Positions 1-7,269 of a stretch of 17,052 nt of DNA are shown piece by piece. Position 1 is the stretch's first letter. Each line of letters starts with the position of its first letter. The translations under genes were made by a program, and so were the position numbers. The notes beneath the pieces are model-generated. The model was not told the DNA's origin. It did not search any database and saw nothing but the letters and a program-made list of their open reading frames with translations. The DNA lies in assembly GCA_045105515.1 (NCBI GenBank), contig JBGCDR010000132.1:1-17052 (forward strand). Reading direction: 5' to 3'. This DNA comes from Oligoflexales bacterium. GTDB lineage: Bacteria; Bdellovibrionota_B; Oligoflexia; Oligoflexales; Bog-1112.

Positions 1-186
1 TTAAGATTTTTCTCTTATTAGCTCTTAAACACATCTTAGGAAGGGGAATTTTGATGAAAATATTTTTTTCAAGCACAAATTTGTTTTGAATTCTGGACGG
101 CAAGATTATTTTTGCATTTTCTTATTGAATTCAAGAACTCTGAGGAGGAGACTATTTTTAGTTAGTATGTTGCAAAACAATGCTTT

Positions 187-212
187 TTAATCTTATATTC
201 GAAGGTCGATAT
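187..212 (+). promoter_or_regulatory. Possible sigma28 (FliA)-type promoter
   Basis: TTAA-N14-GTCGATAT versus consensus TAAA-N15-GCCGATAA. Good -10, spacer 1 nt short, just upstream of the RBS of 235..699. Confidence 0.3.
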
Positions 213-234
213 CACCATTTGGAGAACATATATA

Positions 235-699
235 ATGAAGAATATTCTTTTGACAATATTACTATTCATGAACACTCTCGCCTTTGCAGAGAATCAATTA
301 CCTGAGAAAGATAAGAAGTATTTACGTACTAAATTTATTCAGGTCTATACTAAATTTAAAAATGTTTATACCAAAAAATATCCAGATTTTGAGCAGCTTA
401 GTAATGGCAAGTCCTACTCCATACTTCAAATACAGTTAGGAGGTCGACGTTTCAACTATATAGGCAACAAGTTGATGAACCAATTTTTAACAAATACATC
501 TGTATTCTTTCTCAACAAAAAATTAGAAGATAGTCCCCTTATTGCAAAATGCATATACGACCTACTACAAGAGTTCAACATAGGCGTCCAAAGATTGGAC
601 AACATCGATGAACAATGGTTAGAAATATCAGAAGAAGACAGTATCAAATTCATTAATAAAAAAATACGAAGCTTCAAATTCACGACTAAAACTTTATAG
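235..699 (+). CDS. Hypothetical secreted protein (154 aa, Sec signal peptide)
   Basis: ATG preceded by GGAGAA (221-226). N-terminus MKNILLTILLFMNTLAFA has a basic-hydrophobic-AxA signal peptide pattern. No family recognised; visibly AT-rich. Confidence 0.75.
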   Translation: MKNILLTILLFMNTLAFAENQLPEKDKKYLRTKFIQVYTKFKNVYTKKYPDFEQLSNGKSYSILQIQLGGRRFNYIGNKLMNQFLTNTSVFFLNKKLEDSPLIAKCIYDLLQEFNIGVQRLDNIDEQWLEISEEDSIKFINKKIRSFKFTTKTL

Positions 700-820
700 T
701 AGAGAATTGCAGAACATAACCGAAGACCCATTGTTGTTTATATCGAAGCTACTCAATGTAGAGTTGTATCGCATTGCAACAATATTTATTTCAATGACTT
801 ACAAGCAAGCTAATATAATA

Positions 821-1792
821 TTAATGGCTAATACAGCTTCTTAGGTCGGCGATCACTGACTTAATATCCTCACTCATTGGATATGGAGGTTTACCCTCAA
901 GCTCCTCTCGCAGGCTTTTTATTTTTAGCATGAGGATCTTATGAGCACGTTTTAAGATGTTTAATTCTCGTTGGGCTAGCATACTAGTCCGGATCCGATA
1001 CAAAGAAAAGCACTGATTCATGCCTCTTACAAGTGCACGAATTTCATTTTGATTTACAGCATCTAAGGCAGCAAGAAGTCCATTCATCACCCGGTTCATA
1101 TAGCCAAGTTCCCAATTATTTGGGTCACTACTACTAAGACTTCTCATAGCCTTCTCGGTATTCTCTAATTGAGAGAAGGATTCTACTAGAAAATTCTTCA
1201 GAATCATTTGCTCCCTACTAAGATCCGAATCTATTTTTGGAGTAGCCTCAGCAACATCCCCAACTTTGCTTTGGGATAAGATCTTAAGCCTTGCCACAGC
1301 ATACTCATCAAATTTGGTTTTTCGTTTTTCATTTTCACCATTTAGATCTTCTCTCAAGGACAAAAGCCTTGAAGAGCCTGCAACGCTATTTTCGGCTGCT
1401 GCTATTTTTAGAGCCTCCATCATTAAAGACTTCAATGCACTATTATCAAAAGGCTTTTCAAGATAGTCGAATGCTCCAAGGCGGAGGCAAGCAAGAACTA
1501 ATTCTTTGTCACCATGGCCACTTAGCACTAAAAATGGGATAAACGAGCCTCTATTGCGGATCTCTTCCAGCAAAGCTAAGCCATTCATTTCTGGCATCAG
1601 CATGTCTGAAATAATAAAGTCAGTAGCTTGAGTCTCTAGAACCTCTAGCGCCTCCTTACCATTTGAGGCAAACCGAGGGCTTATCCCAATGGCATTTGCA
1701 TGGATTCCGATAATATTTCTAAGATCAGGCTCATCCTCAACTATCAGAACAAAATTTTGCTCGTTTTTTTTAGCACTTTCTCCAGAAACCAT
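821..1792 (-). CDS. Response regulator: N-terminal REC domain + C-terminal degenerate HPt (CheA P1-like) helical domain
   Basis: REC motifs intact: LIVED, ISD63MLMPEMNG, LSGHG, DYLEKPF. C-terminal FLVE...MNRVMNGL aligns without gaps to the CheA P1 pattern FFDE...IFRAAHSIKG. RBS AGGAG at 1801-1805. Confidence 0.9.
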   Translation of the reverse strand: MVSGESAKKNEQNFVLIVEDEPDLRNIIGIHANAIGISPRFASNGKEALEVLETQATDFIISDMLMPEMNGLALLEEIRNRGSFIPFLVLSGHGDKELVLACLRLGAFDYLEKPFDNSALKSLMMEALKIAAAENSVAGSSRLLSLREDLNGENEKRKTKFDEYAVARLKILSQSKVGDVAEATPKIDSDLSREQMILKNFLVESFSQLENTEKAMRSLSSSDPNNWELGYMNRVMNGLLAALDAVNQNEIRALVRGMNQCFSLYRIRTSMLAQRELNILKRAHKILMLKIKSLREELEGKPPYPMSEDIKSVIADLRSCISH

Positions 1793-1821
1793 GGTCTATA
1801 CTCCTAAAGGCTACATCACAG

Positions 1822-1848
1822 GCTTCGGACAAAAAAGATCTTAGTTAA
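1822..1848 (-). promoter_or_regulatory. Possible sigma28-type promoter of the response regulator
   Basis: Minus strand reads TTAA-N15-TCCGAAGC: canonical spacing, CCGA core, immediately upstream of the RBS. Confidence 0.4.
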
Positions 1849-2095
1849 AGACAAAATTGATTTCCTTAAAAAAAAATGATCCAGACAAACAAAAAAAATT
1901 AATTCTGCGTCCTTTATTGGACACTTTTCTATGATTAAGGGAAAAAACTTTCCTAGATAAATCTGCTGCTAACATGCCATGACACTTACATTAACTGACT
2001 GTAATTTATGGATAAATAAGCCTGCAATCTTCGATCGTCATGTACCAGAAGCCAATATCCCCCAAAAAAAATTTGGAAAAAAAGTTTCTTTTCGC

Positions 2096-2122
2096 TAAAT
2101 TTTATACATATTCAACCGACCT
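2096..2122 (+). promoter_or_regulatory. sigma28-type promoter of the histone H1-like gene
   Basis: TAAA(2096-2099)-N15-ACCGACCT(2115-2122): exact -35, exact spacing, CCGA core. Confidence 0.55.
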
Positions 2123-2198
2123 TAAATATTGGTAGGTGATGGTTATCCCCACGGTGGGTATGTCTAAATCTTGACTTATGATCTTAAGGAGACGTTGT

Positions 2199-2735
2199 AT
2201 GGTCGGTCGTAAAAAAGCACGAAAAAAAACCACGAAGAAAAAGGCTACAAAGAAAAAGGCTACTCGCAAAACTGCAGCCAAAAAAACTACAAAAAAGAAA
2301 ACTACAAAGAAAAAGTCAACTGTAGCCAAAAAAGCTACTAAAAAGAAGACTACAAAGAAGAAAGCTACTAAGAAAAAAACTACTCGCAAGACTGCGTCAA
2401 AGAAAAAAACTACTAAGAAAAAAACTACTCGTAAGACTGCGTCAAAGAAAAAAACTACTAAGAAAAAAACTACTCGTAAGACTGCTGCAAAAAAGAAAAC
2501 TACAAAGAAAAAAGCTACTCGTAAGACTGCTGCAAAAAAGAAAACTACAAAGAAAAAAGCTACTCGTAAAAAGTCTACTCGTAAGACTGCAAAGAGAACA
2601 AAGGCAGCTACTAAAAGAGCTTCTGGCAAAACCACTAAAAGAAAGGCTACTAGAAAGTCTGGTACTAAAACGTCTTCAGCAAAGAGAAGAAGTTTAGTTA
2701 AAAAATCTCCCGCAAAGAGATCCAGGACTAGATAG
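2199..2735 (+). CDS. Histone H1-like / Hc2(HctB)-like Lys/Thr-rich nucleoid protein (178 aa)
   Basis: ATG 2199 has SD AAGGAG at 2186-2191, so it is preferred over 2178. By my count 91/178 residues are K+R and 44 are Thr, with no D/E and no aromatics. Pentapeptide repeats KKKTT/KKKAT/RKTAA; C-terminal SPAK motif. Confidence 0.88.
   Translation: MVGRKKARKKTTKKKATKKKATRKTAAKKTTKKKTTKKKSTVAKKATKKKTTKKKATKKKTTRKTASKKKTTKKKTTRKTASKKKTTKKKTTRKTAAKKKTTKKKATRKTAAKKKTTKKKATRKKSTRKTAKRTKAATKRASGKTTKRKATRKSGTKTSSAKRRSLVKKSPAKRSRTR
2388..2567 (+). repeat. 4 x 45-bp in-frame tandem repeat (A-A-B-B)
   Basis: 2388-2432 = 2433-2477 (KTASKKKTTKKKTTR); 2478-2522 = 2523-2567 (KTAAKKKTTKKKATR). Confidence 0.92.
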
Positions 2736-2741
2736 TCTCCT

Positions 2742-2782
2742 CGATTATTTTAGTGATGAACTTCCCATCACTAAAATAATCG
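2742..2782 (+). terminator. Perfect 17-bp hairpin after the H1-like gene (3' stabiliser or atypical terminator)
   Basis: CGATTATTTTAGTGATG-aacttcc-CATCACTAAAATAATCG; no U-tract follows. Confidence 0.6.
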
Positions 2783-2965
2783 CCAAACCTTGCCCATCAA
2801 ACATCCTTATACTTCAAATAGAGACATCACTAAGATAACAATCTAATATCTATAGTTTTATCTCAATCCGCCATTAATTTTCGCTTGCCTTCGATGACAA
2901 ACAGAGTCATAACACCAAGGTTCGACACATGATTGAGATATCACGAAACGTATAGGGGTTTTATT

Positions 2966-5071
2966 TTGGCTGTCTACATCATATATGCTTGCGCAGGAGT
3001 TTCTCTGCTGGCTGCATTTATCTACGCTCAAAAAGTTCTAGCTGTTCCAATTGAAGGTAAGCCAGAGGAAGTAAGCAGGTTTAAAGAGATTTCTGGAGCC
3101 ATCCAAGAAGGTGCTCAAGCGTTTCTAGTATCAGAGTATCGTTATGTGGGAATTTTTTGTCTGTTTTTTGCAGTACTGTTGTATTTTGCCGTCGGTCAAG
3201 TTTATAAAGAGGTTCCCTATTCTGGAGTCTTCTCCGCTGTAGCCTTCTTACTTGGAGCATTTACCTCGAGCTTGGCAGCTTTTCTTGGTATGAATATTGC
3301 TACAAGAGGGAATGTAAGAACAACTATCAGAGCTCGCCAAGGAATTGCCCCTGCATTTAAAGTCGCGTTCAATAGTGGCGCTGTAATGGGCTTTGGGCTT
3401 TGTGGCCTTGCTGTCTTTGGCTTAATCTGCATCTGTCTAGCATATGCACGCCTTCTCCCCAATATCCATGTTGCTATGGAACTCGTTGCTGGGTTTGGTC
3501 TCGGTGGCTCAACTGTTGCCTTATTTGGTCGTGTAGGGGGCGGAATTTTCACTAAAGCTGCGGATGTTGGTGCTGACCTCGTTGGGAAAGTTGAAGCAGG
3601 AATCCCAGAGGATGACCCTCGTAACCCAGCAGTCATTGCAGATAATGTTGGTGATAATGTCGGTGACATTGCAGGTATGGGAGCAGACCTCTTTGGATCC
3701 TTAGCAGAAGCAACCTGTGCAGCTCTTGTGATAGGAGCATCTGCCGGAGCCATATCTGACTCCATAGAAGCTCTTTACTACCCAATTTTAGTATCAGCAG
3801 TCGGGATCCCTGTTTGTCTTTTCACTGCATTGTTAGCGAAGGTTGGGGACAAAGCTTCCGATGTGGAAAAAACCCTTAAATTACAGCTCGTTATTTCTAC
3901 TGTTCTCATGACTTTAGCAGTATATTTCGCAACTCGCTGGACTATGGTTCCAGAGTTTATCTTAGGCACCAAAGTCATCACTCAAAACGGTGTTTTAACC
4001 TCTATTCTTTCAGGCCTTTGGGGAGGTTTACTGATTGGATTTGTTACAGAATATTTTACCTCACACACTTACCCTCCGGTTAGAGAAGTTGCAGAAGCAT
4101 CAAAAACTGGTTCAGCAACAAATATTATCTATGGCCTTAGTCTAGGATATAAGTCTACGGTCATTCCAGTTCTCGTCATCGCACTTGTTGTTTATTTTTC
4201 ATGGCATTTTGCTGGAATGTACGGAATAGCAATGGCTGCAATTGGAATGATCTCAACAATAGCCGTGGGTTTAACTATTGATGCCTATGGACCGGTTTCT
4301 GACAATGCTGGTGGCATTGCTGAAATGTGTGAACTAGAGAAAGTAGTTAGAACCCGTACAGATATCCTGGATGCTGCAGGAAACACTACTGCTGCAATTG
4401 GTAAAGGTTTTGCTATTGGTTCAGCGGTCTTAACAGGCTTAGCTTTATTTGCAGCCTTCCTCACCACAGCTGGAATCGAATCTCTTAATCTGTTGAGCCC
4501 TCTTGTATTTGCCGGTCTTTTAGCAGGAACAGCATTACCTATGCTATTTACTGCACAAACGATGCGCGCTGTTGGGTTAGCCGCTTTCGCTATGATTGAA
4601 GAAGTCAGACATCAATTCAAAACCATTCCAGGGATTATGGAAGGAAAAGGCAAGCCAGACTACAAACGCTGCGTAACCATTTCTACAGCAGCAGCTCTCA
4701 GAGAAATGGTTGCTCCAGGAATACTGGTTATGGCCACTCCAATAGTGTTTGGAATTATATTTGGTATTGAAGCTCTTGCCGGTCTTCTTGCAGGAGCAAT
4801 CGCAGTAGGCTTAGTCATGGCGATTTCATCCTCAAACTCCGGTGGTGCTTGGGACAATGCTAAAAAATACATTGAAACAGGCATTCATGGTGGAAAAGGA
4901 TCTGAAACTCATAAAGCTGCAGTAGTTGGCGACACAGTTGGCGACCCAATGAAAGATACGTCGGGACCTTCATTAAACATATTGATGAAGCTTATGGCAA
5001 TTCTAAGCCTAGTATTCGCTCCCTTCATCAAAATGGCACATTTATGGTTACTAGGGGTAGTGGGCTTCTGA
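2966..5071 (+). CDS. hppA: Membrane-bound K+-dependent H+-translocating pyrophosphatase, plant/V-PPase-type
   Basis: [57 protein letters not shown] and [14 protein letters not shown] motifs. GNTTAA indicates K+-dependence; DLFGSLAE gate. Likely TTG start at 2966 with AGGGG at 2954-2958 (ORF is open from 2933). Confidence 0.97.
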   Translation: MAVYIIYACAGVSLLAAFIYAQKVLAVPIEGKPEEVSRFKEISGAIQEGAQAFLVSEYRYVGIFCLFFAVLLYFAVGQVYKEVPYSGVFSAVAFLLGAFTSSLAAFLGMNIATRGNVRTTIRARQGIAPAFKVAFNSGAVMGFGLCGLAVFGLICICLAYARLLPNIHVAMELVAGFGLGGSTVALFGRVGGGIFTKAADVGADLVGKVEAGIPEDDPRNPAVIADNVGDNVGDIAGMGADLFGSLAEATCAALVIGASAGAISDSIEALYYPILVSAVGIPVCLFTALLAKVGDKASDVEKTLKLQLVISTVLMTLAVYFATRWTMVPEFILGTKVITQNGVLTSILSGLWGGLLIGFVTEYFTSHTYPPVREVAEASKTGSATNIIYGLSLGYKSTVIPVLVIALVVYFSWHFAGMYGIAMAAIGMISTIAVGLTIDAYGPVSDNAGGIAEMCELEKVVRTRTDILDAAGNTTAAIGKGFAIGSAVLTGLALFAAFLTTAGIESLNLLSPLVFAGLLAGTALPMLFTAQTMRAVGLAAFAMIEEVRHQFKTIPGIMEGKGKPDYKRCVTISTAAALREMVAPGILVMATPIVFGIIFGIEALAGLLAGAIAVGLVMAISSSNSGGAWDNAKKYIETGIHGGKGSETHKAAVVGDTVGDPMKDTSGPSLNILMKLMAILSLVFAPFIKMAHLWLLGVVGF

Positions 5072-5101
5072 TCTGAGCCCACAAGTGCTATCATATTAAT
5101 C

Positions 5102-5137
5102 GAGACGATAAAGACTTCTTTTCGTCTCTTTTTTTTT
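5102..5137 (+). terminator. Rho-independent terminator of hppA
   Basis: GAGACGA(t)AAAG-actt-CTTTTCGTCTC stem followed by T9. Confidence 0.85.
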
Positions 5138-5146
5138 GCCTTTTTA

Positions 5147-5341
5147 TCAATCTTCACGAAGATCAAACGCTAAACCACTATCATTGCCCCATATTTCTAC
5201 TTTGTAAGCGAGTTCGTCTCCTTCTTCGATGTCTTCCGGTAGATCGCCAGCTTCGACCGTATATCCGACTCCGGTTCCATCTAGGATTCTACCAAACCTA
5301 CTGTATTCATTCGGTACTGAAATGACCGTTCCTACGCGCAT
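5147..5341 (-). CDS. Small acidic cold-shock-domain (OB-fold)-like protein, 64 aa
   Basis: Size and pattern match the Csp fold (MxxGTV...FGxI...EGDE-L-Y-VE...G-A), but RNP1/RNP2 are degenerate. SD AGGGG upstream; 15 D/E versus 5 K/R. Confidence 0.75.
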   Translation of the reverse strand: MRVGTVISVPNEYSRFGRILDGTGVGYTVEAGDLPEDIEEGDELAYKVEIWGNDSGLAFDLRED

Positions 5342-5362
5342 AAATATCCCCTTTTTTCGAGA

Positions 5363-5420
5363 AGATTGTGCAGCAGCTCCTATAGATTTTCTCTAAGTTG
5401 GAGCTGTTGCACACCAATCT
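5363..5420 (-). promoter_or_regulatory. Long stem-loop in the 5' UTR of the Csp-like gene
   Basis: AGATTG-TGCAGCAGCTCC / GGAGCTGTTGCA-cac-CAATCT inverted repeat, with an inner TAGA/TCTA stem. Confidence 0.6.
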
Positions 5421-5440
5421 CAGCAATAAACTCACCCCAT

Positions 5441-5467
5441 CTTTCGACGGGCTAGCAAAGCCCTTTA
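5441..5467 (-). promoter_or_regulatory. sigma28-type promoter of the Csp-like gene
   Basis: Minus strand reads TAAA(G)-N15-GTCGAAAG, exact spacing. Confidence 0.6.
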
Positions 5468-5556
5468 AAAAAAATTTATAATTTATCTAAAATATTAAGT
5501 ATTTTGATTTTAATTCAATAGGGTATCTAAACTTCCGTCAAGCTTTCAAAGGGATA

Positions 5557-6891
5557 CTAATGACTTTTACTTAATCTATAGAACCGGATATTAAGCAGAA
5601 CTGAAGATGAGATTAGACCCAGCATAAGCCCATACCAAAGCCCCTTTAAACCTGTGTCAAATACAAAAGCAAAAATGTAAGCAGCAGGAAAGCTCACGAC
5701 CCAATAAGAAATAAAGGTAAAAAGAACCGGAACCTTGGTATCTAGGTAGCCCCTGAGAATGCCAATAGCCACGGCTTGAGTACCATCAAAAATTTGAAAC
5801 AGTGCTGCTATGAATAATAAAGAAGCAGATAGCTCGAGAACTTCTCTCACATCAACAAAAGCATAAGGAATTTGAAACCTATAATACCATAGACAAATAC
5901 CTACAAGGCTCATCATCACTAAAGTCAAACCTAATACTGCAAACCCCATTTTTTTCGCTTGTTGAGCATTATTTTGTCCCACCTCTTTTCCAACCTGAAT
6001 GCTTGCTGCAAATGACAGAGAAAGGGGCAGCATAAAACAGGCGGACGAAACTTTTAGTAGGATTTGATGACTCGCTAAAGTAATGGCATCGATCCAACCA
6101 GCCATAATGGTGGCCATAGAAAAAACACCAGCTTCAAAAAGATACTGCAGGCTAGCAGGGACTCCAATACTCAAGATTAAAGGAGCATACTTTTTCAACG
6201 AAGCACCCGGTAATGCAATAAACTTAATTGACCGGTACTCTGATCTAAAACTCAAAAATACTAGGAAACCGGATACCAGAAATACTCTGGACAATAAGGT
6301 ACCTAAGCCAGCTCCCATTAGGCCTAGGGCTGGAATTCCAAGATTTCCATAAATAAAAATCCAATTAAAGAAAGCGTTCAAAAATAAACTCAACAAAAGA
6401 GCTATGCTTCCTTCAGCAGAGTTACCCATACCATCAGTAAATTGCTTATAAATTTGAAAGAGCATTTGAGGGAGCAAAGAGCATTCGATCAATAAAAAAT
6501 ATCCAGGAGCTAGATCTATCACCTCCGGATCCTGCCCGAACAAATGCAAATGGTTACGCACAAGCTCCAAAACCAGCGTTAAAAAGATTCCTACCAAAAG
6601 AGTAATCCACAAGGAAGTGGTGATAATACTACTTAAATCCTTAGGGTTGTGCTTAGCTCTAGTTCTTGCAACCAAGGTTGATACAGCTGTAGAGAACCCA
6701 GTTCCTATGATAATAAAAATACTAACGATTCCATTACTAAATGCTCCTGCTGCTAAAGAGTGGACTCCCAATCGCCCAATCATAACCGCATCGATGATTT
6801 CCATTGCCTGAATACCAATTAAGCTTAGAAAAATTGGAGCGGCCAATTTAACAATGGGTACCCAATATTTAAGAATGTCTAAACGTGACAA
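5557..6891 (-). CDS. MATE family efflux transporter (NorM-like)
   Basis: About 12 hydrophobic segments; DAVMIGRLG..LAAG, FNWIFIYGNLGIPALGLMGAG, FQIFDGTQ..GILRG..DTK. TTG start with GAGGAGGG SD at 6898-6905. Confidence 0.95.
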   Translation of the reverse strand: MSRLDILKYWVPIVKLAAPIFLSLIGIQAMEIIDAVMIGRLGVHSLAAGAFSNGIVSIFIIIGTGFSTAVSTLVARTRAKHNPKDLSSIITTSLWITLLVGIFLTLVLELVRNHLHLFGQDPEVIDLAPGYFLLIECSLLPQMLFQIYKQFTDGMGNSAEGSIALLLSLFLNAFFNWIFIYGNLGIPALGLMGAGLGTLLSRVFLVSGFLVFLSFRSEYRSIKFIALPGASLKKYAPLILSIGVPASLQYLFEAGVFSMATIMAGWIDAITLASHQILLKVSSACFMLPLSLSFAASIQVGKEVGQNNAQQAKKMGFAVLGLTLVMMSLVGICLWYYRFQIPYAFVDVREVLELSASLLFIAALFQIFDGTQAVAIGILRGYLDTKVPVLFTFISYWVVSFPAAYIFAFVFDTGLKGLWYGLMLGLISSSVLLNIRFYRLSKSH

Positions 6892-7000
6892 AGGTTTCCC
6901 TCCTCAAAGGAGATATAGAAGTGCCTTTTAAGATGAAAAAAATAAAACTACTTTGAAGTGAAGGTTTTTTTAAGCAATCTCACCGTGCTTAGTAACCCTT

Positions 7001-7015
7001 TGATAATAATTATCT
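7001..7015. promoter_or_regulatory. Fur box (7-1-7)
   Basis: TGATAAT-A-ATTATCT, one mismatch to TGATAATnATTATCA. Overlaps the -10 of a candidate minus-strand promoter TTGTTC-N16-GATAAT (7036-7009) pointing at the MATE gene. Confidence 0.65.
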
Positions 7016-7269
7016 TATTAATTTCTAAATGAACAAACCATAAATCTATGGTAGTCTGGCAACTCTAAACACATGAGTTTTACTATTTATTTTAGGTACC
7101 TGACCCAAAATTACTCATTAGCAGGTAAAAAATAAAACCCATGTTTTTTTGTGGCTAACTGAATAAATTCTACCTAAGAAAAAAAATCTAGGTAGAGAGA
7201 CTTATGGAATTAATATCTGATAACATGAACTATAGCTCAAAGCTATACTAAATATGACGAATCAAGCTT

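Noticed and set aside
54..89. 11-codon ORF MKIFFSSTNLF after AGGAAGGGG
   Set aside because: Too short, with no supporting structure; upstream context lies outside the window.
789..801. IHF-like site TTTCAATGACTTA
   Set aside because: One mismatch to WATCAANNNNTTR in AT-rich DNA between convergent genes, with no associated att site or promoter.
2388..2567. Possible CRISPR array
   Set aside because: Repeats are contiguous, in-frame and coding, with no unique spacers and no cas genes.
2102..2635. 177-aa Phe/Val-rich minus-strand ORF resembling a membrane protein
   Set aside because: Antisense shadow of the Lys/Thr repeat gene (AAA/AAG read as TTT/CTT); the plus strand has the SD, promoter and 3' hairpin.
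2933..5071. Annotation as Na+-translocating or K+-independent PPase
   Set aside because: Gate motif DLFGSLAE and GNTTAA point to a K+-dependent H+ pump.
3217..5166. Several minus-strand ORFs inside hppA
   Set aside because: Antisense to a highly conserved gene, with no motifs of their own.
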